Source: an uncultured Flavobacteriales bacterium
GTDB taxonomy: Bacteria; Pseudomonadota; Alphaproteobacteria; UBA8366; CAVOAK01
DNA length: 27,740 nt
Direction: 5' to 3'
Assembly (NCBI GenBank): GCA_964501745.1
Contig: CAZCVU010000001.1
Location: 1-27,740, forward strand
The position numbers were made by a program, and so were the translations under genes. Below are positions 17,158-26,324 of the stretch, piece after piece (the first letter of the stretch is position 1; every line of letters starts with the position of its first letter). The notes beneath the pieces are model-generated. The model had not been told where the DNA came from and made no database searches. It worked only from the letters and a program-made list of their open reading frames with translations.

Positions 17158-18099
17158 ATGAATACACTCACAGAGCGTCTCGACAAAATCACTTTTATCC
17201 CGCCCGAATATCGCAGCGTCACGCCGCCATGCCCGAGGAGCGTGAAGATCGAGTTGACGGCGATCTGCGACTTCAAGTGCTTCTTCTGTGCCACCGGCGC
17301 CAAATTGCGCAAGACGGGAAGCATCGACTGGGACCTGTATACCCGGGTCTTGCAGGAAATGCGCGAAGCCGGGGTCGAAGAGATTGGCATGTTCTACCTT
17401 GGCGAATCCTTCCTGTACAAGAAGCTCCCGGACGCCATTGCCTACGCCAGAGAGCTGTGATTTCCCTACATTTTCCTGACAACAAACGGCCGCATGGCAA
17501 CGCCGGAGCGGGTTCGCGCCTGTATGGAAGCTGGATTGGACAGCCTCAAGTATTCCTTCAACTCGGCGGATGCCGAGCAGTGCCTGGAGATCACGCAAGT
17601 CGATGCCTTCGATACGATTGTCGAAAACATCAAGAGCGCCCGGCGGGTGCGCGATGAGGTCGAGGCCGAGACCGGCCATCACTGCGGACTCTATGCGTCC
17701 TCAATCCAGTATGACGGCGAGCAACTGGACCGCATGGCCGCGGCTGTCGAGGTTATCGAACCCTTTGTTGATCAGCACTACTGGCTGCCGCTGTACGGCC
17801 AGGCCGGTTTCACTTCGGGGGCACGAGGCACCGTGCCGGTCGCCGGCAACATCGGAAGGATCGGGGCCCTACGCGATCCGCTGCCCTGCTGGGCCGTGTT
17901 CACGGAGGGCCACATCACCTATGACGGCCAGCTCGCCGCCTGCTGTTTCGACCATGACGGTCGGTTCGGCATGGGCGACCTGAATGAAGTTTCCTTCCTC
18001 GAGGCCTGGCGCAGCCAGAAATTCCAGGACCTGCGCAAGGCCAACTTAGCCAAGGACGTCAGCGGCACGCCCTGCGAGCACTGCATCGCCTATTCCTAA
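17158..18099 (+). pseudogene. Radical SAM protein with SPASM/twitch domain, interrupted by an in-frame TGA at 17458-17460
   Basis: KIELTAICDFKCFFC (CxxxCxxC), GMFYLGES, then EL-TGA-FPYIFLTTNG in the same frame, and a C-terminal LPC...ACCFD...GDL...PCEHC. RBS GGAGAG before ATG 17158. Confidence 0.85.
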
Positions 18100-18205
18100 C
18101 GTAACCGGGAGGATGCAGTCGGGAAGCGCCGGATAGCTCAGGAAACACGGCAACCAAGCTTCCGTCTTAACGCCATAAGTGTCGGGCGTCGCGCCTGAGG
18201 CGAAC

Positions 18206-20029
18206 TCAGGCCGCGCGGCGTGCCTTTTTGCGCTCGTGCTCCTTCAGCAGCTTCTTGCGAATGCGAATGGACAGGGGCGTCACTTCGACCAACTCGTCGT
18301 CGTTGATGAACTCGAGCGCATACTCCAGCGTCGTCTGAATCGGCGGTGTCAGCAGTATATTCTCGTCGCTGCCGGCGGCCCGAATGTTCGTCAGCTGCTT
18401 GGCCTTGGTCGGGTTCACGACCAGGTCGTTGGCCCGCACATGCTGGCCGATCACCATCCCCTCGTAAACCTCCGCACCAGGCGAGATGAAGAGGCCTCCC
18501 CGCTCCTGCAGGTTGAACAGCGCGTAGCCAAGGGCCTTGCCGGCGGCCATCGAGACCTGCACCCCGTTGCTACGGCGGCCGAGGACCGTCTCCAGTTGGG
18601 CGCCATAATGGTCGAAGGCGTGATACATCAGGCCGGTCCCGGAGGTCGCGGTCAGAAACTCAGAACGGAAGCCGATCAGTCCCCGCGTCGGAATCAGGTA
18701 GTCGAGCCGCGTCCGACCCTTGCCGTCCGAGCGCATGTCGCAGAGTTTGCCGCGGCGCTCGCCGAGCTTTTCCATGACGGCGCCCTGATAAGGGTCCTCG
18801 AAGTCGAGCGACAGGCTTTGCCAGGGCTCCAGAGTGTTGCCGTCTACTTGCTTGAGGATAACCTCCGGGCGCGAAATCGCCAGTTCGTAACCCTCGCGGC
18901 GCATGTTCTCGACGAGTATTCCAAGATGCAGTTCGCCACGGCCGGAGACCCTGAACTTGTCGGGGTCGGGGGTCGGCTCGACCCGCAGCGCGACATTGTG
19001 GATCAGCTCTTCGCTGAGCCGCTCACCCAGGTTGCGAGAGGTAACGAAGCGCCCCTCGCGCCCTGCAAAAGGTGAATCGTTGACCTGAAACGTCATGGTG
19101 ATTGTCGGCTCATCGACCACCAGTGCGGGCAGAGGTTCGACACAATCTGGCGCACAGACGGTATCTGAAATCTGCAGCTCACCGAGCCCGGTGAAAGCGA
19201 TGATCTGGCCAGCAACCGCTTCCTCCCACTCGATCCTCTCGAGTCCATGAAATCCGAAGATCTGCAGCAGGCGTTCGCTGCGCGTCTCGCCGCTGGCATC
19301 GACCACCGTGACGGGCGAATTGCGGGCAACGCGGCCGCGCTGCACACGGCCGATGCCGATAACGCCGACATAGCTGGAATAATTAAGCGCGCTGATCTGG
19401 AGTTGAAACGGCCCGTCCCGATCGACTTTCGGCGCTGGTACCTGATCGGCGATGGTTTGGAATAGCGGCGTCATGTCGGGCGTCGGCTGATCGGGTTCCA
19501 GTGAGGCCCAGCCCTGCAGCGCCGAGGCGTAGACGACCGGAAAATCGAGCTGCGCATCGCTGGCATCGAGTCGGTCGAACAGATCGAAGGTCTGATCCAG
19601 CGCCCAGGCTGGCCGCGCGCCTGTCCGGTCCAGCTTGTTGATGACGACGATCGGACGCAGCCCCAGCGCCAGCGCCTTGCCCGTCACGAAGCGCGTTTGC
19701 GGCATTGGGCCTTCGACGGCATCGACCAGCAACAAAACCGAATCGACCATCGACAGGATACGCTCGACTTCGCCACCGAAGTCGGCGTGGCCAGGCGTAT
19801 CGACGATGTTGATATAGATGTCGCCCCAACGCACCGCCGTGTTCTTGGCCAGTATCGTGATGCCCCGCTCTTGTTCCAGGTCGTTCGAATCCATCACCCG
19901 CACCGCCGACCCTGCGGCCCGCCCGAGCGTCCCCGACTGCTTGAGAAGCTGGTCGACAAGCGTCGTCTTGCCATGATCGACATGGGCGATGATGGCGATA
20001 TTGCGAAGGCCGAGAGGCGTGTCGGTCAT
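18206..20029 (-). CDS. typA: Translational GTPase TypA/BipA
   Basis: [71 protein letters not shown]. Confidence 0.98.
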   Translation of the reverse strand: MTDTPLGLRNIAIIAHVDHGKTTLVDQLLKQSGTLGRAAGSAVRVMDSNDLEQERGITILAKNTAVRWGDIYINIVDTPGHADFGGEVERILSMVDSVLLLVDAVEGPMPQTRFVTGKALALGLRPIVVINKLDRTGARPAWALDQTFDLFDRLDASDAQLDFPVVYASALQGWASLEPDQPTPDMTPLFQTIADQVPAPKVDRDGPFQLQISALNYSSYVGVIGIGRVQRGRVARNSPVTVVDASGETRSERLLQIFGFHGLERIEWEEAVAGQIIAFTGLGELQISDTVCAPDCVEPLPALVVDEPTITMTFQVNDSPFAGREGRFVTSRNLGERLSEELIHNVALRVEPTPDPDKFRVSGRGELHLGILVENMRREGYELAISRPEVILKQVDGNTLEPWQSLSLDFEDPYQGAVMEKLGERRGKLCDMRSDGKGRTRLDYLIPTRGLIGFRSEFLTATSGTGLMYHAFDHYGAQLETVLGRRSNGVQVSMAAGKALGYALFNLQERGGLFISPGAEVYEGMVIGQHVRANDLVVNPTKAKQLTNIRAAGSDENILLTPPIQTTLEYALEFINDDELVEVTPLSIRIRKKLLKEHERKKARRAA

Positions 20030-20316
20030 CAGGTGGCCGGAACAGTGGTTTTAGGGGGACGAAAAGTGGCGCCAGTCCTGCGGTTATGACGCCAACCTGA
20101 GGGTTATATAGGGCCCCGGGCCCGTTTTCGCCAGCCTCAGGGTTACAATACCTTGTGCCAGTTCATGTTCAACGCCTGAGAGAAACGAATTGACCATCGA
20201 TGGCCAGTTTGCGAGGTTTTCACCTCTGCAAAGGGCGGCCGATCAGATTGGGGGCTGAAGCCGCCGCGATGTTCCGTTCGTTTCAATCACCCATGGACAA
20301 ACGATAGGAGTGCGCA

Positions 20317-21189
20317 TTGGGATTCGTCACCAACGTTGTGCTACCGCTTTCGCTGGCCTTCATCATGTTCACGCTAGGACTCGGGCTGACAGCAAGTGAT
20401 TTCGTCCGCGTCATCCAACAGCCGAAGGACTTTTTCGTCGGCGCCGTCTCACAGGTCGTGTTGCTACCGATCGTCGCCTTTATCCTGGTGACGCTGTGGC
20501 CGGTGTCGCCGGAAATCGCGCTTGGCGTGATGATCATCGCCGCGGCTCCTGGTGGCGTCACCTCGAACCTGTTAACTGCCTTCGGGCGTGGCGACGTGGC
20601 GCTGTCGATTTCGCTAACCGCCGTGATCAGTCTTCTCAGTGTGCTGACGATTCCGCTGATCGTGGTGTTTTCCTACGGCCAGTTCATTGGCGAACAGGTC
20701 GAAGGCGATGTTTCGGTCGCTCGCACGGCCGTCAGCGTCTTCCTGATCGTCACCGTGCCGGTTCTGATCGGCCTCGCGGTGCGCCGTTATGCGGAAGCAT
20801 TTTCACTCCGAGTCGAGCCGGCAGCGCGAAAGGTTTCAGCAGCCCTGTTCGTGCTTGTGCTGCTCGGCGCAATCCTCCAGGAGCGCAACAACATCGTCGA
20901 TTTCTATGCCGAGGCAGGTCTGGTCACGCTGGCGCTCAACGTCGTAATGCTAGGGCTTGCCTGGCTGCTTGGCTCGATGTTCGGGTCTGGCGTTCCGCAG
21001 CGCATCGCCATTTCGATCGAGTGCGGCCTACAAAACGGGACCCTGGCGATCGCCGTCGCGACGCTTCTGTTCGGCGGTGGTCCCGCCGTTATTCCGGCCG
21101 CCACCTACAGCCTGACGATGTTCGCAACGGCGCTGATCCTGATCTACTACCTGCGGCGCAGCGTCGCACCCAGCCCCACCGCGACGTGA
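20317..21189 (+). CDS. Bile acid:sodium symporter (BASS) family transporter
   Basis: IMFTLGLGLT, PGGVTSNL, GDVALSISLT, ISIECGLQNGTLA. TTG start 6 nt after AGGAG. Confidence 0.92.
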   Translation: MGFVTNVVLPLSLAFIMFTLGLGLTASDFVRVIQQPKDFFVGAVSQVVLLPIVAFILVTLWPVSPEIALGVMIIAAAPGGVTSNLLTAFGRGDVALSISLTAVISLLSVLTIPLIVVFSYGQFIGEQVEGDVSVARTAVSVFLIVTVPVLIGLAVRRYAEAFSLRVEPAARKVSAALFVLVLLGAILQERNNIVDFYAEAGLVTLALNVVMLGLAWLLGSMFGSGVPQRIAISIECGLQNGTLAIAVATLLFGGGPAVIPAATYSLTMFATALILIYYLRRSVAPSPTAT

Positions 21190-21444
21190 CCCACGTAGAC
21201 AACGGCGCAGATCTGGCAACTCATTGAAACATAGCGCGTATGTGTCAACGGAGACTCCGCTACGGATTTCGTTCGCCGCTGTTGTTCCGGAGAACCTGCA
21301 AGCTCCAGGTATCGAATCGGAGCCTCAATTCCACTTTGTAACAATTTGTATCAATGTTATTAAATTGAACCTTGGGCAGGGGTCGGTTCTTCAACTTGGG
21401 CGATCTGTGGATTAGGGGAGCAGATCCTGGAGAAAGGGTGAGTG

Positions 21445-22170
21445 ATGGCGAATAACGGTAAGGGCGTTGGCAACGGCAAGGGTTTGGATCAGGCCGAAGA
21501 CAACTTTGCGAACGGTTACTACGAGCACAACAGCAACGGTGCGGCGGACAAGGGGCTGGAAAACGCCCTGGACCACAATCCGTTCAGCATGTCGACAACC
21601 ATCGATTTCGACAGTGGTGTTAACACAATAACGTACAGCTATTACTACTATTATTACTATGAAACTGGCGGCAACTATACGCAGGACGGCTATACCATTA
21701 ACTGGTATGACTATGAGTACTATCCCTGGTATTATGGGTATAGCCCAGCCATCAGTGATACCAACGGCGATGGCGACAACGAGTTCGGCGGTGGCACGGG
21801 ATACAATACGTCCACGTATGGGACGTTGACCGAGGACTCGGGCGAGACCTTCTCGCTGGTCTCAGTCGACGTCGAAAACGATGATGGTGATGGCTATTAC
21901 AGTTATTACTACGACTACGTCTACCTGCAGGCTTATGACGCCAGCGAAAACGATTGGACCTGGTCCTATAACTACGACGACGGATTGGATACCTGGACGA
22001 CCTACGTCTATGATTACGATACCTACACCTACACGACCTACGGCGCAGTAGACAGCGATGTCTCAGGCTATTACCAGGATATCAGTGAATTGTATCTCGG
22101 CACCTATAGCTACTACAGCTACTACTACGACAGCGATGCCATTGCATTGGACAACATTGAAGTCGCCTAG
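21445..22170 (+). CDS. Tyr/Asp-rich acidic protein without signal peptide; candidate type I secretion substrate
   Basis: 241 aa from ATG 21445 after AAAGGG. By hand count 46 Tyr, no Arg or Cys, 3 Lys (all N-terminal). Mixed TAT/TAC codons; DTNGDG Ca-loop-like motif. Confidence 0.75.
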   Translation: MANNGKGVGNGKGLDQAEDNFANGYYEHNSNGAADKGLENALDHNPFSMSTTIDFDSGVNTITYSYYYYYYYETGGNYTQDGYTINWYDYEYYPWYYGYSPAISDTNGDGDNEFGGGTGYNTSTYGTLTEDSGETFSLVSVDVENDDGDGYYSYYYDYVYLQAYDASENDWTWSYNYDDGLDTWTTYVYDYDTYTYTTYGAVDSDVSGYYQDISELYLGTYSYYSYYYDSDAIALDNIEVA

Positions 22171-22211
22171 CAGCTATCGCGCAATCGCGCGGTTTTGCCG
22201 CGTCTAAGGCA

Positions 22212-22245
22212 GACGGAGCGGGTGGGCCGGCCCCATCCGTTTTTG
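22212..22245 (+). terminator. Possible rho-independent terminator after the Tyr-rich gene
   Basis: ACGGA...TGGG-CCGGC-CCCA-TCCGT bulged stem followed by TTTT. Confidence 0.4.
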
Positions 22246-22350
22246 CATTCCGTCAGGCAGGAGAGGCGCTTCAAGCAGGCGATGCGCGGCTCGTCAAAGC
22301 CCTAGGCATCCACCTCCAGCGACGCACTTCCCGCCACAGATCTACAAGAG

Positions 22351-22392
22351 TTGACACAAATCAATGGAACTCTTTGGATCCTGAAGTAGGGT
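22351..22392 (+). promoter_or_regulatory. FNR/FixK class II promoter candidate for the T1SS genes
   Basis: TTGAC-ACAA-ATCAA (9/10) at 22351-22364 and TAGGGT (TAnnnT) at 22387-22392, placing the box centre at -41.5. Confidence 0.6.
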
Positions 22393-22467
22393 TTGTTTAG
22401 GTGGGGCGATCTGCGGACGACGGTCCGCGGATTGTAGCGAAAGGGTGGGGCATGGCGATCGTTCGTT

Positions 22468-23334
22468 ATGGCTCGATCTGCCCTGGCGAGGCTGGGAACT
22501 GCGCTCCGCACGCAAGGCCAAGTGGGAGATGCATCTTCAGCGCAACCGCAATTCGAGAGCCTGACCGCGAAGAAAGTTGTTGTCGCATATCCGCGTGTTC
22601 CGCAGCCTGCTTTACGTGGCATAGATCTCCAACTTACGGCAGGTGAGACATTGGGGATCATTGGCCCGAACGGTGCGGGCAAGACGACACTGCTAAAAGC
22701 GCTGCTGGGCCTTGTTCCGCTGAACGCGGGCTCGGTCCACATCGACGACCTTGATATCCGGAAGATCACTCAGGCCATCCGGATCGACAAGATCGGCTAC
22801 TTGCCGCAAGAAATCGATCTGTTTGCCGCCACAATCGCCGAGAACATTGCCAAGTTGGACATCGCCAACCTCGAAGAAATTCATGCTGCGACGCGTTTGG
22901 CGGGCGTTCACGACGCAATCATGCAGATGCCGCGGGGCTATGAAACCCATGTCGACAAACAAAATGCCCAGGTATCGGCTGGTATTCGCCAACGCATCGG
23001 GCTTGCGCGTGCGATATTTGGAGCCCCGTCGCTGATCGTGCTGGATGAGCCAAACTCCTACCAGGATGCGGAGGGAGACCGAGCGCTAGCCGAAATCCTG
23101 CGCACGGCCAAGGAGCGTCGTGCAATCACGGTGGTCGCGTCTCATAGGCCGCTGATGATGCCGGAAGTTGACAAGCTGTGCTTCCTCGTGAACGGCGAGA
23201 TCAAGCTGTTCGGACCGCGCGAAGAAGTGCAGCGGAAATTGTTCGCTCAGGTATCCGGCCCGGGAAAGGCTCCAGGGGGCATCGCACCACCGCCGCGCGG
23301 CCCGGAACAGGGAACGCCACCGAATGGCCACTAG
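22468..23334 (+). CDS. PrtD/AprD-type type I secretion ABC ATPase, nucleotide-binding domain only (membrane domain missing; possible pseudogene)
   Basis: GPNGAGKT, degenerate signature VSAGIRQRIGLARA, LDEPNS, SHR. The in-frame upstream GAWRSFVMARSALARL is the PrtD last-TM-helix motif, but an in-frame TAG lies at 22435-22437. Confidence 0.8.
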   Translation: MARSALARLGTALRTQGQVGDASSAQPQFESLTAKKVVVAYPRVPQPALRGIDLQLTAGETLGIIGPNGAGKTTLLKALLGLVPLNAGSVHIDDLDIRKITQAIRIDKIGYLPQEIDLFAATIAENIAKLDIANLEEIHAATRLAGVHDAIMQMPRGYETHVDKQNAQVSAGIRQRIGLARAIFGAPSLIVLDEPNSYQDAEGDRALAEILRTAKERRAITVVASHRPLMMPEVDKLCFLVNGEIKLFGPREEVQRKLFAQVSGPGKAPGGIAPPPRGPEQGTPPNGH

Positions 23335-24658
23335 CATTCCACCGGGACCCCGACGCGGCGACCAGTTCGAAAATGTCGGGTCGCTGACAAGAAGGCAGTC
23401 GCTGGTCGCGTCCTTGACGATCATTGCGCTGCTGGGCGGATCGATTGGCTGGTCCGTATTGGCGCCGCTATCCAGTGGTGTGGTCGCAGCCGGACAGATC
23501 GTCGTCGATACCAACCGAAAGAAGATTCAACATCTGGAGGGAGGTATCGTCCGGGAAATCCGGGTCGAGAACGGCGATACCGTGGAGGCCGGCGAGGTCT
23601 TGGTCCTGCTGGACGGCACAGATGCGCTCGTCGAACGGGACGTCCGAGCCGCCGAGTACCTGGCGTTGCGGGCGAAGGAAGCGCGCCTGCAAGCTGAATT
23701 AGCCGGCGTCGATGTCCTTGAATTTCCCGATTTCTTGAATGCAGCCTCGCAGCGCAGAGATCAAGCTATCGCCTTAATGAAGACTCAGATCCTGGAGTTC
23801 CAATCACGCCGTGAAACAAGGCGTGAGAGACTGAAGATATTGGGCAAGCAGATCGATCGTTCAGGCGAAAAAATCTTGGGCCTTAACCGAAAGATCAAGA
23901 CCGCAGAGGACCAGCTGAGCAGTATCGACAAGGAACTGCAGGGCGTGAACCGCCTGCTGGCGAAAGGTTATGTTCCGGCCACGCGGGTGTACCAGCTCGA
24001 GCGGGAAAAGGCACGCATCAGCGGCGAGGTCGAGTCGGATCTTGCGGACATCGCAGAAACCGAGATTTCGATCGGTGAAACCAGGATCGAGATCATTCAG
24101 GTCAAGACAGAATTCCAGGAAGAGGTTTCAAAGCAATTGTCTGAAATCCAGGCCGATATCTACGTGCTCGAACCAAAGCTGACCGGTGCGGGAGACGTGC
24201 TTGAGCGACGCGAGATTATCTCACCGATCGACGGCGTCGTGCTCAACATGACGATTCACACGATCGGCGGCGTTGTGGCCCCTGGGGACACACTACTGGA
24301 AGTCGTTCCGAGCCGAGACGAGCTGCTTGTCGAAGCGGAAATCTCTCCCGTAGACATCGAGGCCGTCACAGTCGGAGACGCGGCTTCGGTACGCTTCTCC
24401 GCGCTGTCGGCTAAGCTGACCCCATTGCTCGATGGTCGCGTCACGCACGTCGCTGCCGATGCTACCGAGAACTCTGAAAAACAGAATGTATATGTGTCCC
24501 GCGTAACCATCGAAAAGCTCGAGCTGAGCAAGCTCGGCGATGTTGACCTCGTTCCGGGCATGCCGGTTGAAGTCCTGATCCGAAAGGGTGAACGAACGGC
24601 TATTTCCTACCTGCTGGACCCGTTGTCTTCAATTATCTTTCGCGGCATGAAGGAGTAG
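23324..24658 (+). CDS. HlyD/PrtE family type I secretion periplasmic adaptor
   Basis: N-terminal TM, APLSSGVVAAGQIVV...KKIQHLEGGIVREIRVENGDTVEAGEVL, coiled coil, ISPIDGVV, LVPGMPVEVLIRKGERTAISYLLDP. Confidence 0.95.
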   Translation: MATSIPPGPRRGDQFENVGSLTRRQSLVASLTIIALLGGSIGWSVLAPLSSGVVAAGQIVVDTNRKKIQHLEGGIVREIRVENGDTVEAGEVLVLLDGTDALVERDVRAAEYLALRAKEARLQAELAGVDVLEFPDFLNAASQRRDQAIALMKTQILEFQSRRETRRERLKILGKQIDRSGEKILGLNRKIKTAEDQLSSIDKELQGVNRLLAKGYVPATRVYQLEREKARISGEVESDLADIAETEISIGETRIEIIQVKTEFQEEVSKQLSEIQADIYVLEPKLTGAGDVLERREIISPIDGVVLNMTIHTIGGVVAPGDTLLEVVPSRDELLVEAEISPVDIEAVTVGDAASVRFSALSAKLTPLLDGRVTHVAADATENSEKQNVYVSRVTIEKLELSKLGDVDLVPGMPVEVLIRKGERTAISYLLDPLSSIIFRGMKE

Positions 24659-24815
24659 CATCAGGTTTCGACGCCTGGTAGGCGGCCAGCCGATCGGCAC
24701 ATTTCTGCGGATTGTGCATCAGCGGTCGCGGACAGTTAGCCGTTGCTTTGCCCGCCACAATGACAACCCGCTTGCAGAATTCAGACAAGTATGTGAAACG
24801 CCTTAGCGCCAAGCT

Positions 24816-25065
24816 TCAGGCGACAGATTCCCCAACTGCAAAGCACGAGCACTGTGCGCCGTGAATAATCTTGTTGGCGATGCTGCCTAGCGACGGGTCC
24901 GGGTCGGGGCCATGTCCACTTCGGCCGGTGACGATCAGGTCGGCGTGGCTGTAATCCGCAGGCCGCAGGATTGCCAAACTCCAAAAATGTATGGATCTTC
25001 TTCACACCCTTTTCACGGGCGATGTGTTCGCCAAGGTCGAGCGCACGCTGACCCACTGCGGTCAT
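24816..25065 (-). pseudogene. Universal stress protein (UspA) remnant, N-terminally truncated and frameshifted at ~24960
   Basis: First frame AREKGVKKIHTFLEFGNPAA, then a shifted frame ADYSHADLIVTGRSGHG...SLGSIANKIIHGAQCSCFAV*, matching the Usp motifs G-D-P-A, ADLIVxGxxG and LGSxxxKVxHxAxC. Confidence 0.75.
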
Positions 25066-25195
25066 CCGTAACGCGCCCTAGGGGTTCCCTCGGTAGGGCA
25101 TAGTCTTCCGATTGCTGCTTCCCTATGCCGCAAGTCCGAGCCACAAATATGGCTTAAAGTCGGAGTTCATCCGAGTCCGAGCGGGGAACGTCTTG

Positions 25196-26110
25196 GTGTC
25201 ACGATTGTTAGCAGCCGTGCACGGCCTCAGCGGCAACCAGCGGGGCATGGCGCTGATGTTTGTCGCGACGATTGGGCTTGCCGCTGGGCAGGGCATGGTG
25301 CGACAAGTTTCGGCCGAGCTGCACACCTTCGAGATCGTCTTCCTGACGACGCTAACCGGTCTTCCGATTCTGCTGCCGTGGTTCGTGCGCCACGGTCTTG
25401 AGCTGTTTCGCACAACGCGCTTCGGCCTGCACCTGGTGCGAACCTTGATCGTGGTCTTCGGAATGACGGCCTGGGTCCACGCACTCGCCATCACGCCGCT
25501 CGCCACCGCTTCGGCCTTGAGCTTCTCCGCGCCGATTTTCGCCACTGTATTGGCGGTAGTGGTGCTGGGCGAGAGGGTTGGTGGGGCTCGCTGGTTCGCG
25601 GTCTTTCTCGGGGTTGCCGGCATGCTCGTGATTCTCCGGCCCGGCCTCATTGCCGTCGAGTTAGGCCCGCTCCTAGCCGTTACCGCGGCGCTCAGCCGAG
25701 GCGTGATACTGATCATCATCAAGGTGCTGAGCCGCACCGATTCGAGTGTCACCATCCTTGCCTACGTGATGGTGCTATTCGTGCCCCTGACGCTCGTGCA
25801 GGCTCTGCTCGTGTGGCGCTGGCCGAGCCCGGAGGCGTGGATGTGGCTGGTGGGAATTGGCGTCATCGGCACCGGTGCGATGCTCATGGTAACGCAGGCG
25901 ATCAAGGAGGCGGAGACCAGTGTCGTCATGCCGTTGTTCTTTTTCCAGCTGGTCTGGATGTCGTTGATCGGCTTCGCATTTTTCGGCGAGATCCCGTCGG
26001 TGTTTGCCTGGATTGGCGGGGCAATGATCATCGCCAGCGGGACGTTTATCGCCTACCGCGAAGCCAGGGCGAAAACAGCGGCGCTATCGCCGGTGGATAA
26101 GGGGAGCTAA
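25196..26110 (+). CDS. DMT/EamA family transporter
   Basis: PLATASALSFSAPIFATVLAVVVLGERVG, LVILRPG, FFGEIP. The start is uncertain (GTG 25196 or TTG 25193 after GGGGAA). Confidence 0.9.
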   Translation: MSRLLAAVHGLSGNQRGMALMFVATIGLAAGQGMVRQVSAELHTFEIVFLTTLTGLPILLPWFVRHGLELFRTTRFGLHLVRTLIVVFGMTAWVHALAITPLATASALSFSAPIFATVLAVVVLGERVGGARWFAVFLGVAGMLVILRPGLIAVELGPLLAVTAALSRGVILIIIKVLSRTDSSVTILAYVMVLFVPLTLVQALLVWRWPSPEAWMWLVGIGVIGTGAMLMVTQAIKEAETSVVMPLFFFQLVWMSLIGFAFFGEIPSVFAWIGGAMIIASGTFIAYREARAKTAALSPVDKGS

Positions 26111-26123
26111 ATCCGAGTCTAAC

Positions 26124-26147
26124 GTCCGTTTCTGGCAATGAGCGGAC
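26124..26147. repeat. REP-like palindromic element of the GTCCGCT...AGCGGAC type
   Basis: GTCCGTT-N10-AGCGGAC hairpin just after the DMT stop. It resembles dispersed alphaproteobacterial intergenic palindromes (from recall). Single copy in the window. Confidence 0.4.
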
Positions 26148-26324
26148 ACAGGAAGTATGAAACCTCAAGGCCGGAATGCGATGGAAAGTGCACAAAGGCC
26201 GGTGCTACCGTCGCAGGCATGGCGTCTCCGCCGCGTATCCGGGACTCCTACAGCTAATTTCATCGAGGCCTGGACTGCAGACGCGGGCAGATTCTGACTT
26301 GGCAAGCGAATGAGGAGTGGCACT

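Noticed and set aside
17458-17460. Radical SAM UGA as selenocysteine, or UGA=Gly (genetic code 25)
   Set aside because: The column is not a Cys position and no SECIS hairpin is evident. Many genes here (DMT, BASS, selB, typA) end properly at TGA, so UGA is not reassigned.
20144-20160. Sigma-54 promoter (TGGCAC-AAGGT-ATTGTA, minus strand) upstream of typA
   Set aside because: The -12 element lacks the GC and is out of register. A similar weak match near 10500 fails for the same reason.
21640-21660. TAY run as a microsatellite or CRISPR-like repeat
   Set aside because: It is in-frame poly-Tyr with mixed synonymous codons. No regularly spaced repeat-spacer array was seen anywhere in the window.
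22401-22646. Cys-rich 81-aa ORF overlapping the ABC ATPase start
   Set aside because: It is an alternative frame of a clearly homologous ATPase sequence with no recognisable motif; most likely a shadow ORF.
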